The translations under genes and the position numbers were made by a program. 53,220 nt of DNA from Octopus bimaculoides. Lineage: Eukaryota. This document shows positions 10,291 to 23,143 of the stretch, piece by piece. The notes beneath the pieces are model-generated. The model was not told where the DNA came from. It saw only the letters and a program-made list of their open reading frames with translations, and did no database searches. The DNA is taken from the NCBI RefSeq assembly GCF_001194135.2, contig NC_068990.1:47221870-47275089 (forward strand), read 5' to 3'. Numbering within the stretch: position 1 is the stretch's first letter; each line of letters begins with the position of its first letter.

Positions 10291-12464
10291 TATATATTTC
10301 AGTGTGTTCTGCACACACAAATACACCCCCACCCTTGTGTACATGAATGCTAAGCAAACTATATTATGCCAAATATTTGCTACTTCTTTGGTGGAGCAAT
10401 AAAGTGTAATTTGTGTAAATTTACATTGGGAACAATATCTGTGTGTGTGGTTTATGAATAGTACGACATGTATAAATGATCACTGTATTTGTTAAAGGTG
10501 AAACAATATTTTCTATCAGTAAATGTGTGTGTGCTGTATCTTGTATGTGCATATGTATGTTCATGCCTGTATGGATATGTGTGTATGTGTGATAAACACC
10601 ACGTGTGTGTCTACAAATATATAGATGTGTGTGTGTGTGTGCATGTGCACATTGTTGTTTAGCTCTAGATCAAGCAAATTCATGATCAAAGGCATCTGGG
10701 ACTAGATTGTCTAGTATGCTAATACTATTTTAAGACTGTAGGGTGTGATTTTAGGGTATTTGCCTGTCATTTCTAGCCATTTCTAGCAACTGAAGTTCTC
10801 TTGTATCCTTGTTGCTTATCTCTAGGTCAACTCTGACTGAAGAAATTTACAATCAAGAGTATTCCAGGCATGTCCATCTTGTCTTTTTACTTTCTGCAAT
10901 GAACCTGGGTCCACAGTATCCAACATGTACTTCTGGAAGGATTTAAGGAAGATACATTTCGCTGCTATTTTTAGTGGTTCAAGTAATCATATGACTCTCT
11001 CTTATGACTGTGTATGCATATATGCATGTGTGTAGATGCATAAGTGTGTCTGATAGTATAGCTTAGCTGTTACTTGCAAATGTATATAAACTAGTGGCAT
11101 ATACCATACTTTCGCTAAATGCTTTAGATGCTTATGTAATCACAAGCAGACATAGGTACAGACTTGACCCTCCTATTCTTGACCCAGTGGAACATCAAAG
11201 ATACGACAGCTGTAGGGAAAAAGGGCTGCACCAGCAGTTGGCTGGTGGTCACATGTAGCTGAGTAGTCTGAAGTACTGTGATATGATGTTCTTTGCTCAC
11301 GGACACAAGGGCTTGGAATTGAATTGCCAACCTTATGATTGCAAGCCCAAAACCTTAAACACTAGGTGATAGTGGTTTGTGTCATCGTCATCATCATCAT
11401 CATCATTTAACTTGTGTGTATGTATATATTTGTGTATGTGCATGCATTTATATGAGATCCTTGCATGGCCACAGTCCAGTGACTAGTAAAGGAGAAAAGA
11501 TTGGCTTGCTTGATCACCTGACCTGGGGTTAAATACCACTAACACCACCACCACCAACAACAATCTACCAACCCACTATCCATCCAGTCTTTATCATTGT
11601 GAGTCCACTTGTTTTAATTGCCTACTGACCATTGTTATCTGACACAGTGTGCTGGTCACTGTCACCTAGTCTTCATTACTAATTACTATATTATACTCCT
11701 CCTCGCCCGCTAAGTAATTACTACTAATTGCTTACCTGCCAGTCTAGTTTCAGTCCCCCTGCACACTTTGCCCTCTACTCCCTCATACAGTCAATATACA
11801 TGTAAACACAGTCTGATATTCAGTTTGTCCTTCCTACAGTCAACATAATGAGTAAACAACCAAAGCATTAGCTAATTGCAATGGACAGTAAATGATGTTA
11901 TTGTCACACACCAAACACCACCACCACAATAACAACAACAACAGTTTCTATGTAGTTGCCTGGACTGCTAGAAATAGCAACAGAATATTCCATAACTCAC
12001 AGTTCACTTTATCTTTAAAAAAAAAAATAATGAGGCACGTTTGTTTTGGAATGTTTTTTTGTTGTTTTTTGTTTTCTTTGGCTTTTGGTGGGGTAGGGTT
12101 AGGGTTTTGAAAAAAATGAATGTGCCCATAGCTTTTGCAGGCCATCCAAGACCAATGAAATCAACATAGTTAAAGTTCATTTTCAGTAATTGCAGGTTAA
12201 CAGCTGCAGGTAAAACATGCAGAGAGGAAATTTCAGAAGGAGAGTTTGAGAAAGAACTAGGTGTAGCAGTTAGTGCAAGGTGTGCATAAACACAGTATGG
12301 GTGAATAAAAAAGGCGAGATGAGTGAGGTGAGAGTATGTTTGTGAAGGTGGTGCAAGGCCAGCTAGCCAACCAACTCCAAAGAGCGGAGGCTGCTGTAGA
12401 AGCAGTAGAAAAAGAAGAAAGAGAGGATATGTTATATCTGGAAAAAAAAGTAACGAGGTGCAGG

Positions 12465-13100
12465 CATACGCATGGCTGTGTGATTGAGAAGCTTGCTTCC
12501 CAAACATGTGGCTCCAGACTTAGCACCATAACACAGCATCTTGGACAAATGTCTTCTACTATAGCCCTGGGTCTTATGAGTGAAATTGGCAGCTGGAAAC
12601 TGAATGAAACCCATCATATATGGATGTATATGTGTGTTCATGTCTTAGCACAACATGATGGTTGTAAATGAGTGTTGCTATCATTGCGACAAGCAATGTT
12701 GTTTGTTTCCAGTCTTCCATAGACTGGCCTTGGTAAATATTACCTCTTTGGAAACAGGTGAAGGTTAATTAGAGGAAGATAACTTTGCCATAGAAAATTT
12801 GCCTCAACAAATTTGGTAGACAGAAACTGAAAGGATCCCGTCATATATGTGTGTATGTCTTCTTGCCTTGGCATCACATGATGTTTGTAAATGAATGTCA
12901 GCACCATGCAAGCAGTCTCTTTCATTCCTAGTCTTCCATGAAAACATGTTAGGTCATGAGGAAATATTCCCTTACTTGGAAACAGGTGATGATTGGCAAC
13001 AGGAAGGGCATCTGGCCATAGAGAGACATGTTTTAACAAACTTTTATCCAATCCATGCCAACATGGAAAAGTGGATGTAAAATCAATAATGATAATGAAT
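12465..13100 (+). mobile_element. SINE family A head followed by two tandem RTE-like tails
   Basis: Head GGCATGGCTGTGTG...GAAGCTTGCTTCCCAA at about 12470. Two related segments containing GGAAACAGGTGA (about 12750 and 12980), ending CATGGAAAAGTGGATGTAAAA. Confidence 0.6.
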
Positions 13101-13429
13101 GTTGTTTCATTGTATGTCACTCCTAATTGAATAAAACTTTGGGCATAGGCTTTCTAACCATGACCAACTCAACTTTTTTTCAGGCATGATGTATCTCTAG
13201 GGCCTCTGTCAGTCTGGTTTAATTATGCTTTTGCTTCTGGAAAGGATTTTATATTTTTATATAAGACCAGTAGTTACCATGCAACAAGTTTACTCTCTCC
13301 TCACCAGTGATATCATCCAATCCAGCTTCATGTCACTGTCCTTGCAGGCAAACTCACAACATAACAGGGCCAGGACAAATACCACAAGGCATTTAGTCCT
13401 GTACTCTAACAATTCTTTCAGTCCTCAGC

Positions 13430-13700
13430 CTTAAACTGGTACTTATTCTATTAACCCCAAAAGAATGGAAAAGAGAATTAGGCTTAGTGAGATTTAAACT
13501 CCAAATGTAAAGGGCCTGAACAACTATTGCAAGACATTTTGTCATATGCTCTTGCATTTCTGCCAATCTACTATCCTGGAATGGTAATATATTTCATCAA
13601 CTCCAAAAGGATGAAAGGCAAGGTTCACTTAAGTAAGATTTGAACAAATGCCACAGAGTATTTTGTCAGACACATAACAGTTCTGCCATACAACACCTTC
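13430..13700 (-). mobile_element. Two degenerate SINE family B copies
   Basis: Reverse complement of the GGCAGAAT..TTAGC...GAGTTCAAATTC...GCCTTTCATCCTTT consensus seen in the 40520-42265 array. Confidence 0.5.
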
Positions 13701-14045
13701 ATGGATCTAGAACTAATTTATCTAATGTCTCTTTTTTTATGACAATGTGGCATGATTTGTGGAATATTAAAATATAAGCATTTCGTATTTCATAAAGGAA
13801 CTACATTTCCTGATATAAAATTACTCCCTGAACAAACATATTAAAACTACATTTCCTGTCATAAATTATTTCTTCAGTCAAACATGCTAAAACTGGTCTT
13901 AAGCTGCAAAGATTTTCCCCACCTTTTATTAAGAAAATCCCAATAATGTAATATAAGTTTATTAATTTTTTTAGATTATGATTATAATTTGAAATTAATA
14001 TTATGATTATTGCTGGAAAAAGCATAGATAAAGGTGAGGCAAATG

Positions 14046-14940
14046 CTCACAGCCCTCTGCCTGTTAAGCAATGCATTCAGTGGATGTTCCATTGTGATGT
14101 TCTACAGAAGATTAGTTGTAGATAAGAGTGATGACATTGTCAGGGAAGCCTTAGACGTCAATGGAAATCAACTGGCTGGTCCCTTCCAGAAGACATTTGG
14201 GTCAGGACCCAGGGAAAACTTCCAGAAATCCCTGGCTTAGCAGTACTATTGAGGGGGCATTGCTGGTTCGAGATAAGCTCTTCTGGCATGGAAGTGCCAT
14301 CTAACACACCTGCCTGAGATGCATGCAGAGCTACAAAACCATTCTGCATGCACTCATGCAGTGCTTCGATATTGCTGACTTGTGGAGTTATGCCAAACAC
14401 CTGCTGCTGCATGTAGGATGTATCCAGCTATCAACTGATTCTATTATGAAGCTCAACTTGCTGCCTTACTTTGGCCAGGGAGGGCAGGCAACTTTTCTCT
14501 GCCTGGTGACTACAGTGAAAGAGTTTGTGTGATGGACACATCTGAAAGAACTGAAGACATACAGTTTCCTCTTCTTCCAAGTCCTTATCAAATTTTTCAG
14601 TTTCTACTTGGAAAGGAAAGTGAGGGTGGAGAGGAAGGTGCTGTCTCCCAGTAAATTTGTTGAAAGGTGGGTGAGTGTAGCAAGAATGGATCAAGTAAAT
14701 GGGCCTAAACTAAGCATGTGCCTGTAGCCCAGAATTTACAGAGGAGAGAGGAGCACTTACCATGGTGCACCTGATAAGCAGGGTAACTCAGAATCTGTGG
14801 GGTTCTTTAGTCATCCAGGGGTGGCATTATTTAGGATTTTCATGGTTTATAATGTAGTTGTTAATTGTTAGTGTTGATTGTTTGCATCTTTTATAATAAA
14901 CCCTTGTTTTGTGTGTGGCCCTTGTAACCCGTAAAAAATA
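14046..14940 (+). mobile_element. 5'-truncated L1/Tx1-like LINE, copy 1 (ORF2 C-terminal zinc knuckle plus 3' UTR)
   Basis: TCLRCMQSYKTILHALMQCFDIADLW (CxxC...H...C...LW), then FVERW near the ORF end. Alignable by eye to 15674-16650. Confidence 0.7.
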
Positions 14941-14954
14941 TTATTATTGAGTGA

Positions 14955-15415
14955 GAGAGCAGCACCTGCCATCAAAGTGTCACTGGGATATAAATATACA
15001 AAGCCCAGTATACTCATCATGACTATCCATTTGATAAGGGTACACCAGATACATGCATCATAACCATATGTGCATGACATGCTGATCTCAAATCAAGATA
15101 AATACCACATGACCCTATAGGTGGGGCTCAGTTAGAATTTTCTTCAGGTTGAGTAGCCTATCCCACCCAAAAGGTCCCTGAATAAGGCTTATTTAAGGAT
15201 GTTGAACAAAACACACATTTCCAAAGATGAATTATTCAAACCCCAAAGAATTCCTCTCACCACATGGATATGCTGCTCCCCCACTACTTTTGCTTATGAT
15301 CAGAGATGCATATATTGATTGTTTGCCACTGAGAGACATGCTCAACTGATTAAGGTCAAACAAATGACAAGCAAATTTGTGGTATTGAGCAGAATATTTG
15401 CTGTATGTGATATTA
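14955..15415. repeat. Unclassified interspersed repeat
   Basis: Complex GC-balanced segment that resembles a common octopus repeat I recall. No second copy in this window, so family and strand are unverified. Confidence 0.35.
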
Positions 15416-15434
15416 AGCAGAATGTTATTATTAT

Positions 15435-15650
15435 TATTAAGGTGGCAGAATCATTAGCATGCTGGACAAAATACTTAGTGGTATTTCGCCCATTGCTACA
15501 TTCTGAGTTCAAATTCTGCTGAGGCCGACTTTGCTTTCATCCCTTCGAGGGTCAATAAATCGAGTACCAGTTGAACATTGGGGGCTATGTAATTGACTCA
15601 TCCTCTCCTCCAAAATGTCTGCCCTTGTGGCAAAATTTGAAACCATTATT
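15435..15650 (+). mobile_element. SINE family B copy
   Basis: GGCAGAATCATTAGCATG...GAGTTCAAATTC...GCTTTCATCCCTTCG...AGTACCAG, followed by an ATT tail. Confidence 0.75.
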
Positions 15651-15673
15651 GGCATCTAGAATGTCATCAGGCA

Positions 15674-16650
15674 CTCACAGCCCTCTACCAGTTGGGCTGT
15701 GGGATCGATGGATGTTCAGCTTTAGAAATTTATGGAGGATTAGTGGTGGAGAAGTGCAATGATGTTCTCAGGGAGACTCTGAGTGCCAACGAGAATGAAC
15801 TGGTTAGTCTGTTCCAGAGGACTTTCCAGTCACGAACTATCGTAGGTAATTTCCAGATGTCCTTGGCCTGGCAGTTCTAATGGTGGTGAGGGTGCACTAC
15901 CAGTTCAAGAAAAACACTACAGGCATATATGTGCTGTCAGATGGGCTTGTCCAATGTGTGCGCAGAGTGACAAAGCCATTCTGCACGCCCTCGTTCAGTG
16001 TCTGGGCATTACTGGCTTGTGGGGTTATGTAGAACAGCTGCTGTCACATGTTTGACAGATCCGTCTGTCAGCCAAGTCTACAATGATGATCGCCCTGCCA
16101 CCCTCCTTCAATCAGGCAGGCAAAGCAGCTTTCCTTTGCCTGGTGGCTGTGGCAAAAGAGGTTGTTTGGTGGACAAGGCTGAAAGGTATGAAGACAGAGC
16201 TCTTTGGTAGAGCTCTCATGGACTTCTTTAAGTTTCGCTTGAAAATTGAGAGTGGAGAACAAAGTGCTGTCCTTGAGTGAGTTTATTGAAAGGTGGGTGA
16301 AAGTTGCAAGAATGGCAAGAGTGGATGGTACCTCTCTAAGTATAGATCTGTGAGTCAGAGAGAAGGAATTGGAGAGGGTACTTGCTCTTGGGGATTTCAG
16401 GAAATCTCAGAGAGTGGGGTTACTTGATTATCACTAGAAGCCTTCCTGTATCAGGAGGGCCTCATCTCTATCATTCTCTCTTTTTTATTTAACCTTTATA
16501 TGCTATGCATACATCCTTTCTTTTTCAGTGTATACCGTGTAAACTTTCTTTTTTTTTTATCATTTCATTATATGTAAACCTCCATGCTTTATGTCTGCTT
16601 TTGTATTGTCCCCCTCTTCCTTTGCCCTTGTGGCAAACAAATCAAATCAT
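15674..16650 (+). mobile_element. 5'-truncated L1/Tx1-like LINE, copy 2
   Basis: ACPMCAQSDKAILHALVQC zinc knuckle, AAFLCLVAVAKEVVWWTRLK, FIERWVKVARM. Same start motif and similar end as copy 1. Confidence 0.7.
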
Positions 16651-16676
16651 CATTATTGTCATTATTATTATTACTA

Positions 16677-16960
16677 GGCACGTGGCCTAGTGGTTTGGGT
16701 GTTGCACTCATGGTCCCTAGATCATGGGTTCAATTCCCGCACAGAGTGGCACATTATGTTCTTGAACAAAGCCGTTCATTTCACACTGCTCTGCAATCAT
16801 TTTGACACCTGTCATTTGGCACACTTGTGCACCAGTACAGGCAATGTCAATTTGATAGAGGGAGCTAGCTAATGTATGGCACATACATTTGATCACTATA
16901 AAGAAAGTATTTGTGCAGGTCATTCAGCAAACACTGAACACTCATACATCATCTTTGACA
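16677..16960 (+). mobile_element. tRNA-headed SINE family D
   Basis: Box A GTGGCCTAGTGG and box B GGGTTCAATTCCC, followed by a non-tRNA body and a simple-repeat tail. Confidence 0.6.
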
Positions 16961-17019
16961 GGAGAGGCTGCTGCTGCTGTTGTTGTCGTTGTCGTCGTCG
17001 TCGTCGTCATCATCATTAT

Positions 17020-17400
17020 TAAGGCAGTGAGCTGCCAGAATTGTTAGTCCACCAGACACAATGCCTAACAGCGTTTCATTCAGCTTTACATTCGGTGTTT
17101 AAATTCTGTTGAGGCAAACTTTACCTTTTGTCCTTTCAGGGTCATGAAATAATTACCAGGCCTTGTGCCTATAATAGAAAGTATTATCCTCATTATTATT
17201 GTCATCATCATCCTTCTTATTGATAAAAGCTGGTTGGCAGAACTGTTAGAGCTTCAGAAAAAAATTACTATCATAATTCAAATTCTGCCAAAGTCATCTT
17301 TACCTTTCATCAATGCAGAGGTTAAAAAAATAGTTTTAACCAAGTTCTGGGGTCACCATAACTGACTAACCCCATCCCCTCAAAATTGATGGTTTTGTGC
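17020..17400 (+). mobile_element. Cluster of partial SINE family B copies
   Basis: Repeated GCAGAA(T/C)TGTTAG and TTTACCTTT motifs separated by (ATT/ATC)n. Confidence 0.5.
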
Positions 17401-17446
17401 CATCAATCAATATACTATAATGTTATAATATTATATTATATATTAG

Positions 17447-18516
17447 GCATGGCTGTGTGATAAGAAGCTTGCTTCCCAACCACATGGTTCCAGGTTCAGT
17501 CACATTACATGGTACCTTGGGCAAGTGTCTTCTATTATAGCTTCAGGCCAACCAAAGCCTTGTGAGTGGATTTGGTAGAAAGAAACCAAAAGAAGCCTGT
17601 CATATTTATATGATCTGCAACACTAACTTCAGGAAGCCAGCCAATCACTTAATAACCTATAAATCCAGTGGCCATGCAAGCCAAATTGACTACATTCTCA
17701 TTAGAAAGCAGCTGTCATGGTTGCTCATAAATGCAAAGGCCTTTCTTGGAAAAGAATGTACCCCACAGAATAGGTTACTCATTGGATACTTCAAGCTACT
17801 GGCTCATAAAATTCCAAGAAGCAATCTAGTTTGGAAAAGAAGAGTACGGAAGCTTAAGGATCCTTTGATTAGTCAGAGATTTAGAGACATCTAAAATGAA
17901 GCATATGATGAGGAGGAGTTACAGACTTGTAGCATACAGAATGAGTGGAAGTTCCTATAGGACAACTTGCTGAGTGCCGCAAACCTAATTTGTGGTTGGT
18001 GCAAAGTCCCAGCCAAAATGGGACCTATGAATCATAAGGGTCACTGTTGGTGCCATGTAAATGACACTCACCTGTGAATCATAGTTGTGGTCATTGCCAG
18101 TGTCATGTAAATGGCACCCATGCTGCTGGCATGTGAAAGCACCCACTACAGTCCTAGAGTGATTGGCATTAGGAAGGGCATCAGACTAGAAACCATGCCA
18201 GATCAAACTGGAACCTGGTGTAGCTCTCCGACTCATCAGCTCCAGTCAAACCGTCTAAACCATGCCAGCATGGAGAGTGGACGTTAAATGATGATGTTGA
18301 TGATATTTGTGCATGTGTCTGTGTTTGTCCCCCACCACCATCACTTGACAACTGATGTTGATGTATTCATGTTCCCATAGCTTAGTGGATTGGCAAAAGA
18401 GACTGATAGAATATGTACTAGGCTTACAATAAGTCCTGGGGTCAATTTCTTCAACTAAAAAAAACTCTTTAAGGTGGTGGCATGGCCACAGTCAAATGAC
18501 TGAAACAAGTAAAAGA
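17447..18516 (+). mobile_element. SINE family A split by an RTE insertion (5' half about 17447-17600, 3' half about 18310-18516)
   Basis: The head and tail match the uninterrupted copy at 39378-39744. Confidence 0.75.
17605..18303 (+). mobile_element. Internally deleted RTE LINE: endonuclease C-terminus fused to 3' UTR
   Basis: NTNFRKPANHLITYKSSGHASQIDYILIRK (APE endonuclease SQIDY motif), followed directly by the tail CATGCCAGCATGGAGAGTGGACGTTAAATGATGATG. Confidence 0.75.
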
Positions 18517-18574
18517 AATATATATATGTGTGCGTGTGTATAGATTATTATTATTATTATTATTATTATTATCA

Positions 18575-19030
18575 AGGCGGTGAGCTGACAGAAACGTTAG
18601 CATGCCAGGCGAAATGCCTAGCGGTATTTTGTCTACCACTACACTCTGAGTTCAAATTCTGCCAAGGTTGACTTTACCTTTCATCGTTTCAGGTTTGATA
18701 AATTAAGTACCAGTGTAACACTGGAGTCGATGTGATCGACTAGTCCCCTCCCAACAAATTTCAGGCCTTATGCCTTTGATAGAAAAGATAATTATTATTA
18801 TATCATAAATATATTAATATATTTTACATAAAATGAAATACTGGTTTCAACTTATGGCACAAGGCCAGCAATTTCGGGGGAGGGGATAAGTCCATTACAT
18901 TGACTCCAGTGCACAACTGGTAGTCATTTTCTCAACCCCAAAAGGATGAAAAGTAAAGTTGGCTGTGGCGGAATTTGAACTTTTGACATAAAGATGAATG
19001 ACATACCACTAAGCATTTTGCTCACAATTC
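18575..19030 (+). mobile_element. Two SINE family B copies (first +, second -)
   Basis: 18575-18790 matches the family B consensus; 18845-19030 matches its reverse complement. Confidence 0.65.
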
Positions 19031-19336
19031 TGCCATCTTACTACCTTAAATATAAAATGAAATATTAAAAACTAATATATTGGATTATAGTAGATTAACT
19101 ACTCTTATAACAGCAGTGAAAAGTGCAAGTTATTATAGGATTTTAAGACAATTTTGGTCCCAAAATCAAGATGTGTGTGCTATATATGATTGGATATTAT
19201 ATATGGGCTTTTATGGAGATATATATATATTTTTTTTTTTATTAATCATTACATTAATTATGGTTGCAACAATTTAAAAATGTTTAAACAAGCCCACTAA
19301 TACCTGTAACATTTTGATTTTTTGTTTCCTTGCCAG

Positions 19337-19492
19337 TTACCACAGTGGCAGCTCTATAGGCTTTGTAGTGGCTAAAGTGGCTGAACTTCAGAGGAATCAG
19401 AACATTCTCTATAATTTGGTGAAACCCAAGAAAGATGAACCAGACTTAGTAGAATCAAACCTCAAGCTGGCTAATGTATTGCCAAAGAAACG
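19337..19492 (+). CDS. Host gene internal exon (YHSGSSIGFVVAKVAELQRNQNILYNLVKPKKDEPDLVESNLKLANVLPKK-R)
   Basis: Acceptor ttttgtttccttgccag, donor GTAAGT at 19493. 156 nt, phase 2 to 2, one open frame. Confidence 0.85.
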
Positions 19493-21246
19493 GTAAGTAG
19501 TATTTCAGTTGTTGTTGTATAGCCCCAGACCAATCACTGATTAAGCAGATCTGTAATCAAAGATATTATAGTTATGGCTATCATCATCATTTTCATCATT
19601 ATTGCTGTCTTCATTTTTACTTTCACTTTTTCCATACTGGTATATATATTGGACATGATTTATTGAGGTAATATTCTACAACTAGTTGCTCTTGTGGTCA
19701 CCAACCCTTAACTGTTTTTCACATCATCATTATCATCATTTAACATCCATATTCCATCCATGCATGGGTTAGATGGTTGACAGGAGCCGGCCATGTAGAA
19801 AAACTACCCTAGGCTACTGTGTCTGTTTTAGCAGATATGGTATATTTTTTTTATTTTCCACTGGTCCTCTCATCTTGAAAATAATGAAATCACTGAGTTA
19901 GAAGATATGTTGTTTACAGTAGATATAAACAAATGTTACCAGAAAAATTAGACTTTTGAGACTCAGGAGAGACTGGGATAGGTTTCAGCAGTCCTTCTGT
20001 AAATGCCCAAGTATTTCAGTTTAACATTTCTCTGCCAGTCAACTTCTGGCAGGAGAGATTGTGAAGGGACTTCAAAACTTCAAATCTTGTGCACTCAAGA
20101 TATATTATAATGGAGAAAGCTACTTATTAACTATGTAACAGTTACTAAAAATACTAAAAGAAAGCAATTATTTAAGGGCTTGACTGGAAATCTTTTTATA
20201 AATTCATGTTCTGATAAATTTCCTATAATTTTGATTTCTGAACTTTGGGGAATTTTTGAACACCAATTTTTCACAAATTTAAATATTTGTTGCATTCACT
20301 GCAGAGTATTCCATTTTCAGTTGCAAAGTCTCTCACTCTCTATTTCAATGTTTTCCTTTCAAGTTTTAATTCACTATTTGGAAAACCCACAGTTTATTCT
20401 ATATACATAACGTAAAAACATTATTTATTGAATGAAAATTTTTTAATATCCCAGTATAACTTTTGTAAAAAAAAATTAAGAAGTGATTTTGTTGTTATAG
20501 CTGTTTGGAATGCTATAACTTTGATAGGTTTCAGCCAGTATAGGCCGAGGCCATGTCTAACTTAATAGCACCACCTTACAATAATATCTGGACCAATGTT
20601 TNNNNNNNNNNAAAAAAAAAAAAAATTTTTTAACTGTAAATATTTTCAGAGGAAAAGGTGAACAATGCAAAGGAGGTTTGGCTGTTGTTTCTAGTAGAAC
20701 CCAAACCACCCTCCATTTTCACTCTCACATGTATTGATATTTTTTTCAATATTTTTCTCCCATTAAACACATTTTATGGAATGATGATGCCAAAGTAAGA
20801 CATGCATGGTCCATTGAGGGGAATATAAGCAACAACAAAAATTGTAATCTAAACTTTTACCCCCACCTCAATCAAGTGAAGCTGTATGTGAAAGAAAAAA
20901 CATTTTCTAACCGAAAAATATGCTATTAAAATGAATTATTGTTTATGTAACTCTTATTTTAAATCAGTGTGGATAAATGCCAGCCATGACCTCCTCAGGC
21001 TCTCCAGTATTTCAATTTATAAACAATCAGAGGCAGGGAGTGGAGTTGCAAAAAATTCATAATTTTTCAAATGTTCTTTTTTATAGCATATAAATATTTT
21101 CATGGGGAGAAATATATTGAAAAACATCAATACATGCGAGAGTGATAAAGAAATAAGGAGGGTTGTCTTGAGATGTGCTAGAAAAAACAGCTAAATCTCC
21201 CTTAAATCACTCACTTTCCCTCTGAAAATATTAATTTTTTTTTTTT

Positions 21247-21804
21247 TACTATAAAGGCTTCTCCCATGGTTTTAAAGTGCAAAACATTGGCCAAAATAGG
21301 TCCAGATTGGGATAATGAGGGAGGCGGGGATTGTAAAAAGAAAATTTTCAAAACTTTTTTCATACGAAAATATCCCCCAGCCCCCCATCATTTCAAAGGA
21401 TGTGGTTTAAAAAAATGGGGAAAATCCCCATCAAAATAGAGTAGTTCTAATTTATTTGGTCTTCCTGATCCGAAACTCTTCTCCCTACCCCCTCGAAAAA
21501 AATTCTCCCCACAAATTTGTTTATAGCTGTTATCTATGCCATTTGAAAGGAATTTGTATAAGCTTTCATTAAAAAATACCCATTTTCTTGAAAGTTATGA
21601 GGAAAAACTGTCAGATCGTGTGAATTTTCCAAAACACTCCCTCGTAAAAATTCTTTCCCATAAATCCCTATATACTCTGAAGACACAACATCTAAGCAGA
21701 ATTTGTAGAAATTTTCGTTAAAAAGTATCCATTTTTCTGAATGTTATGAGGCAACAAAGTCGGGCGTGTATACATCTGTAGTTGTGTCCTTTTATTTATA
21801 TGAT
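21247..21804 (-). mobile_element. Possible non-autonomous Helitron-like element
   Basis: Minus strand begins TCATATAAATAAAGGACAC (Helitron-like TC start). Internal repeat TTAAAAA.TA.CCATTTT..TGAA.GTTATGAGG at about 21570 and 21718. 3' hairpin degenerate. Confidence 0.35.
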
Positions 21805-23143
21805 TTTTTTCATTTCATGTTTCATTCATTGTTTGCAATGTTCTCTCCCTGCTTCTCTCTCTCACACATACACACATGGCAAAGCTTACAGATAGGCTGC
21901 TGATTTGAAATCTCTATGTTGCTTTGAGGGGAAGGTAATACTTGATGAACTGCTCCCTCCTCTGTAGTTGGGCTACCTTGATGTTTGTTTAAAAAAGGGA
22001 GATTATGACTGATAAAATAATGAAAGCAATATTTACTAAGCCAGTGAGTACAAAGAAAGAATTAGACATAAAATATAAAACTTATTTGAATTGGGAATCA
22101 AATGTGAAAATATTATTAAGTGGCTAACAGAAAACTGCCTAGTGGGCAGTCTTTCTGCTAGTATATATATATATGTCTTCAGTTTCATTTCCTAGTTAAG
22201 GTTGTCTAAAGCATAATGCACTTTATCTTTTTTTTTTTTCAATCTCTATTTGTTTCAACAATGGCCATGTTAGAGCACTTCCTTGAAGTGTTTAGACTAA
22301 TCATAGACTCTTTACTCAGGCCTACAAACTGATGGAAGGGAGGGAAGAAGGTATCTTCAAGTGTTTTGTGTAAACGCTTGCGACATACTGGGCTTCACTA
22401 AAAGCACCTAAGGACCAGGTGATGGTGTTAACCCAGGCAACAGATCAAGTTTATTACTAAAGAATTTATTTGACAATGTTAAACATTTCCAATTTTTCTT
22501 CAGTTTCTTTCCCTAGTTAAGCATGACATTCAAACACATCTTATGACCAGCAGAATATTACTATCTATTACTTTATAATATCTAACACTTATAACTATTC
22601 TTGATATAAACATCTCATTAGCAATGGATTTAAGTTCCTAGTTCACATTTATTAGCAACAATCAAAGATTACTACCTAAAATTGTATTTACAACACTACA
22701 GTTGCTGATGGCACTGTATAATGGGATTTGTGTTGTACTATTCTCTCTGTCAAGTATGTTGTAAATGAATTAACCCATTCAACACACCACATAGCTATCC
22801 ACAGCACATTTAATGGTTATTAGACTTAAGTGTTTAAGATAGGCGTGCTGAAGCAAAGTTCAAACTCTGTGAGTAAATGTCTAATGAAAATTATATAATC
22901 ATGTTACTTGAATGATTTATTTAATGACATTTAAGAAAAAAATTCCACTATAAGCATTACTTTCCTTTATTATGAAAATATTAATAAGTACATTTATCAA
23001 GTACACCACATTTCTGCATGTCATTAGAGGTGACTAAAAATGTTGATGGCAGGAAAAGTATCTGCCTGTAAAATAAAATATTCCCTTAGAAAACTCATGA
23101 GTGATGGACTACATCTATCATTCAGTTTAACACCACCACCTTG

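Noticed and set aside
15170-15225. CTGAATA...AAAAC as a degenerate hammerhead
   Set aside because: G8 and G12 are both absent and I found no convincing helices.
22321-22351. Possible exon between ctctttactcag and gtatct
   Set aside because: The phase-2 frame required after exon 19492 contains a TGA stop.
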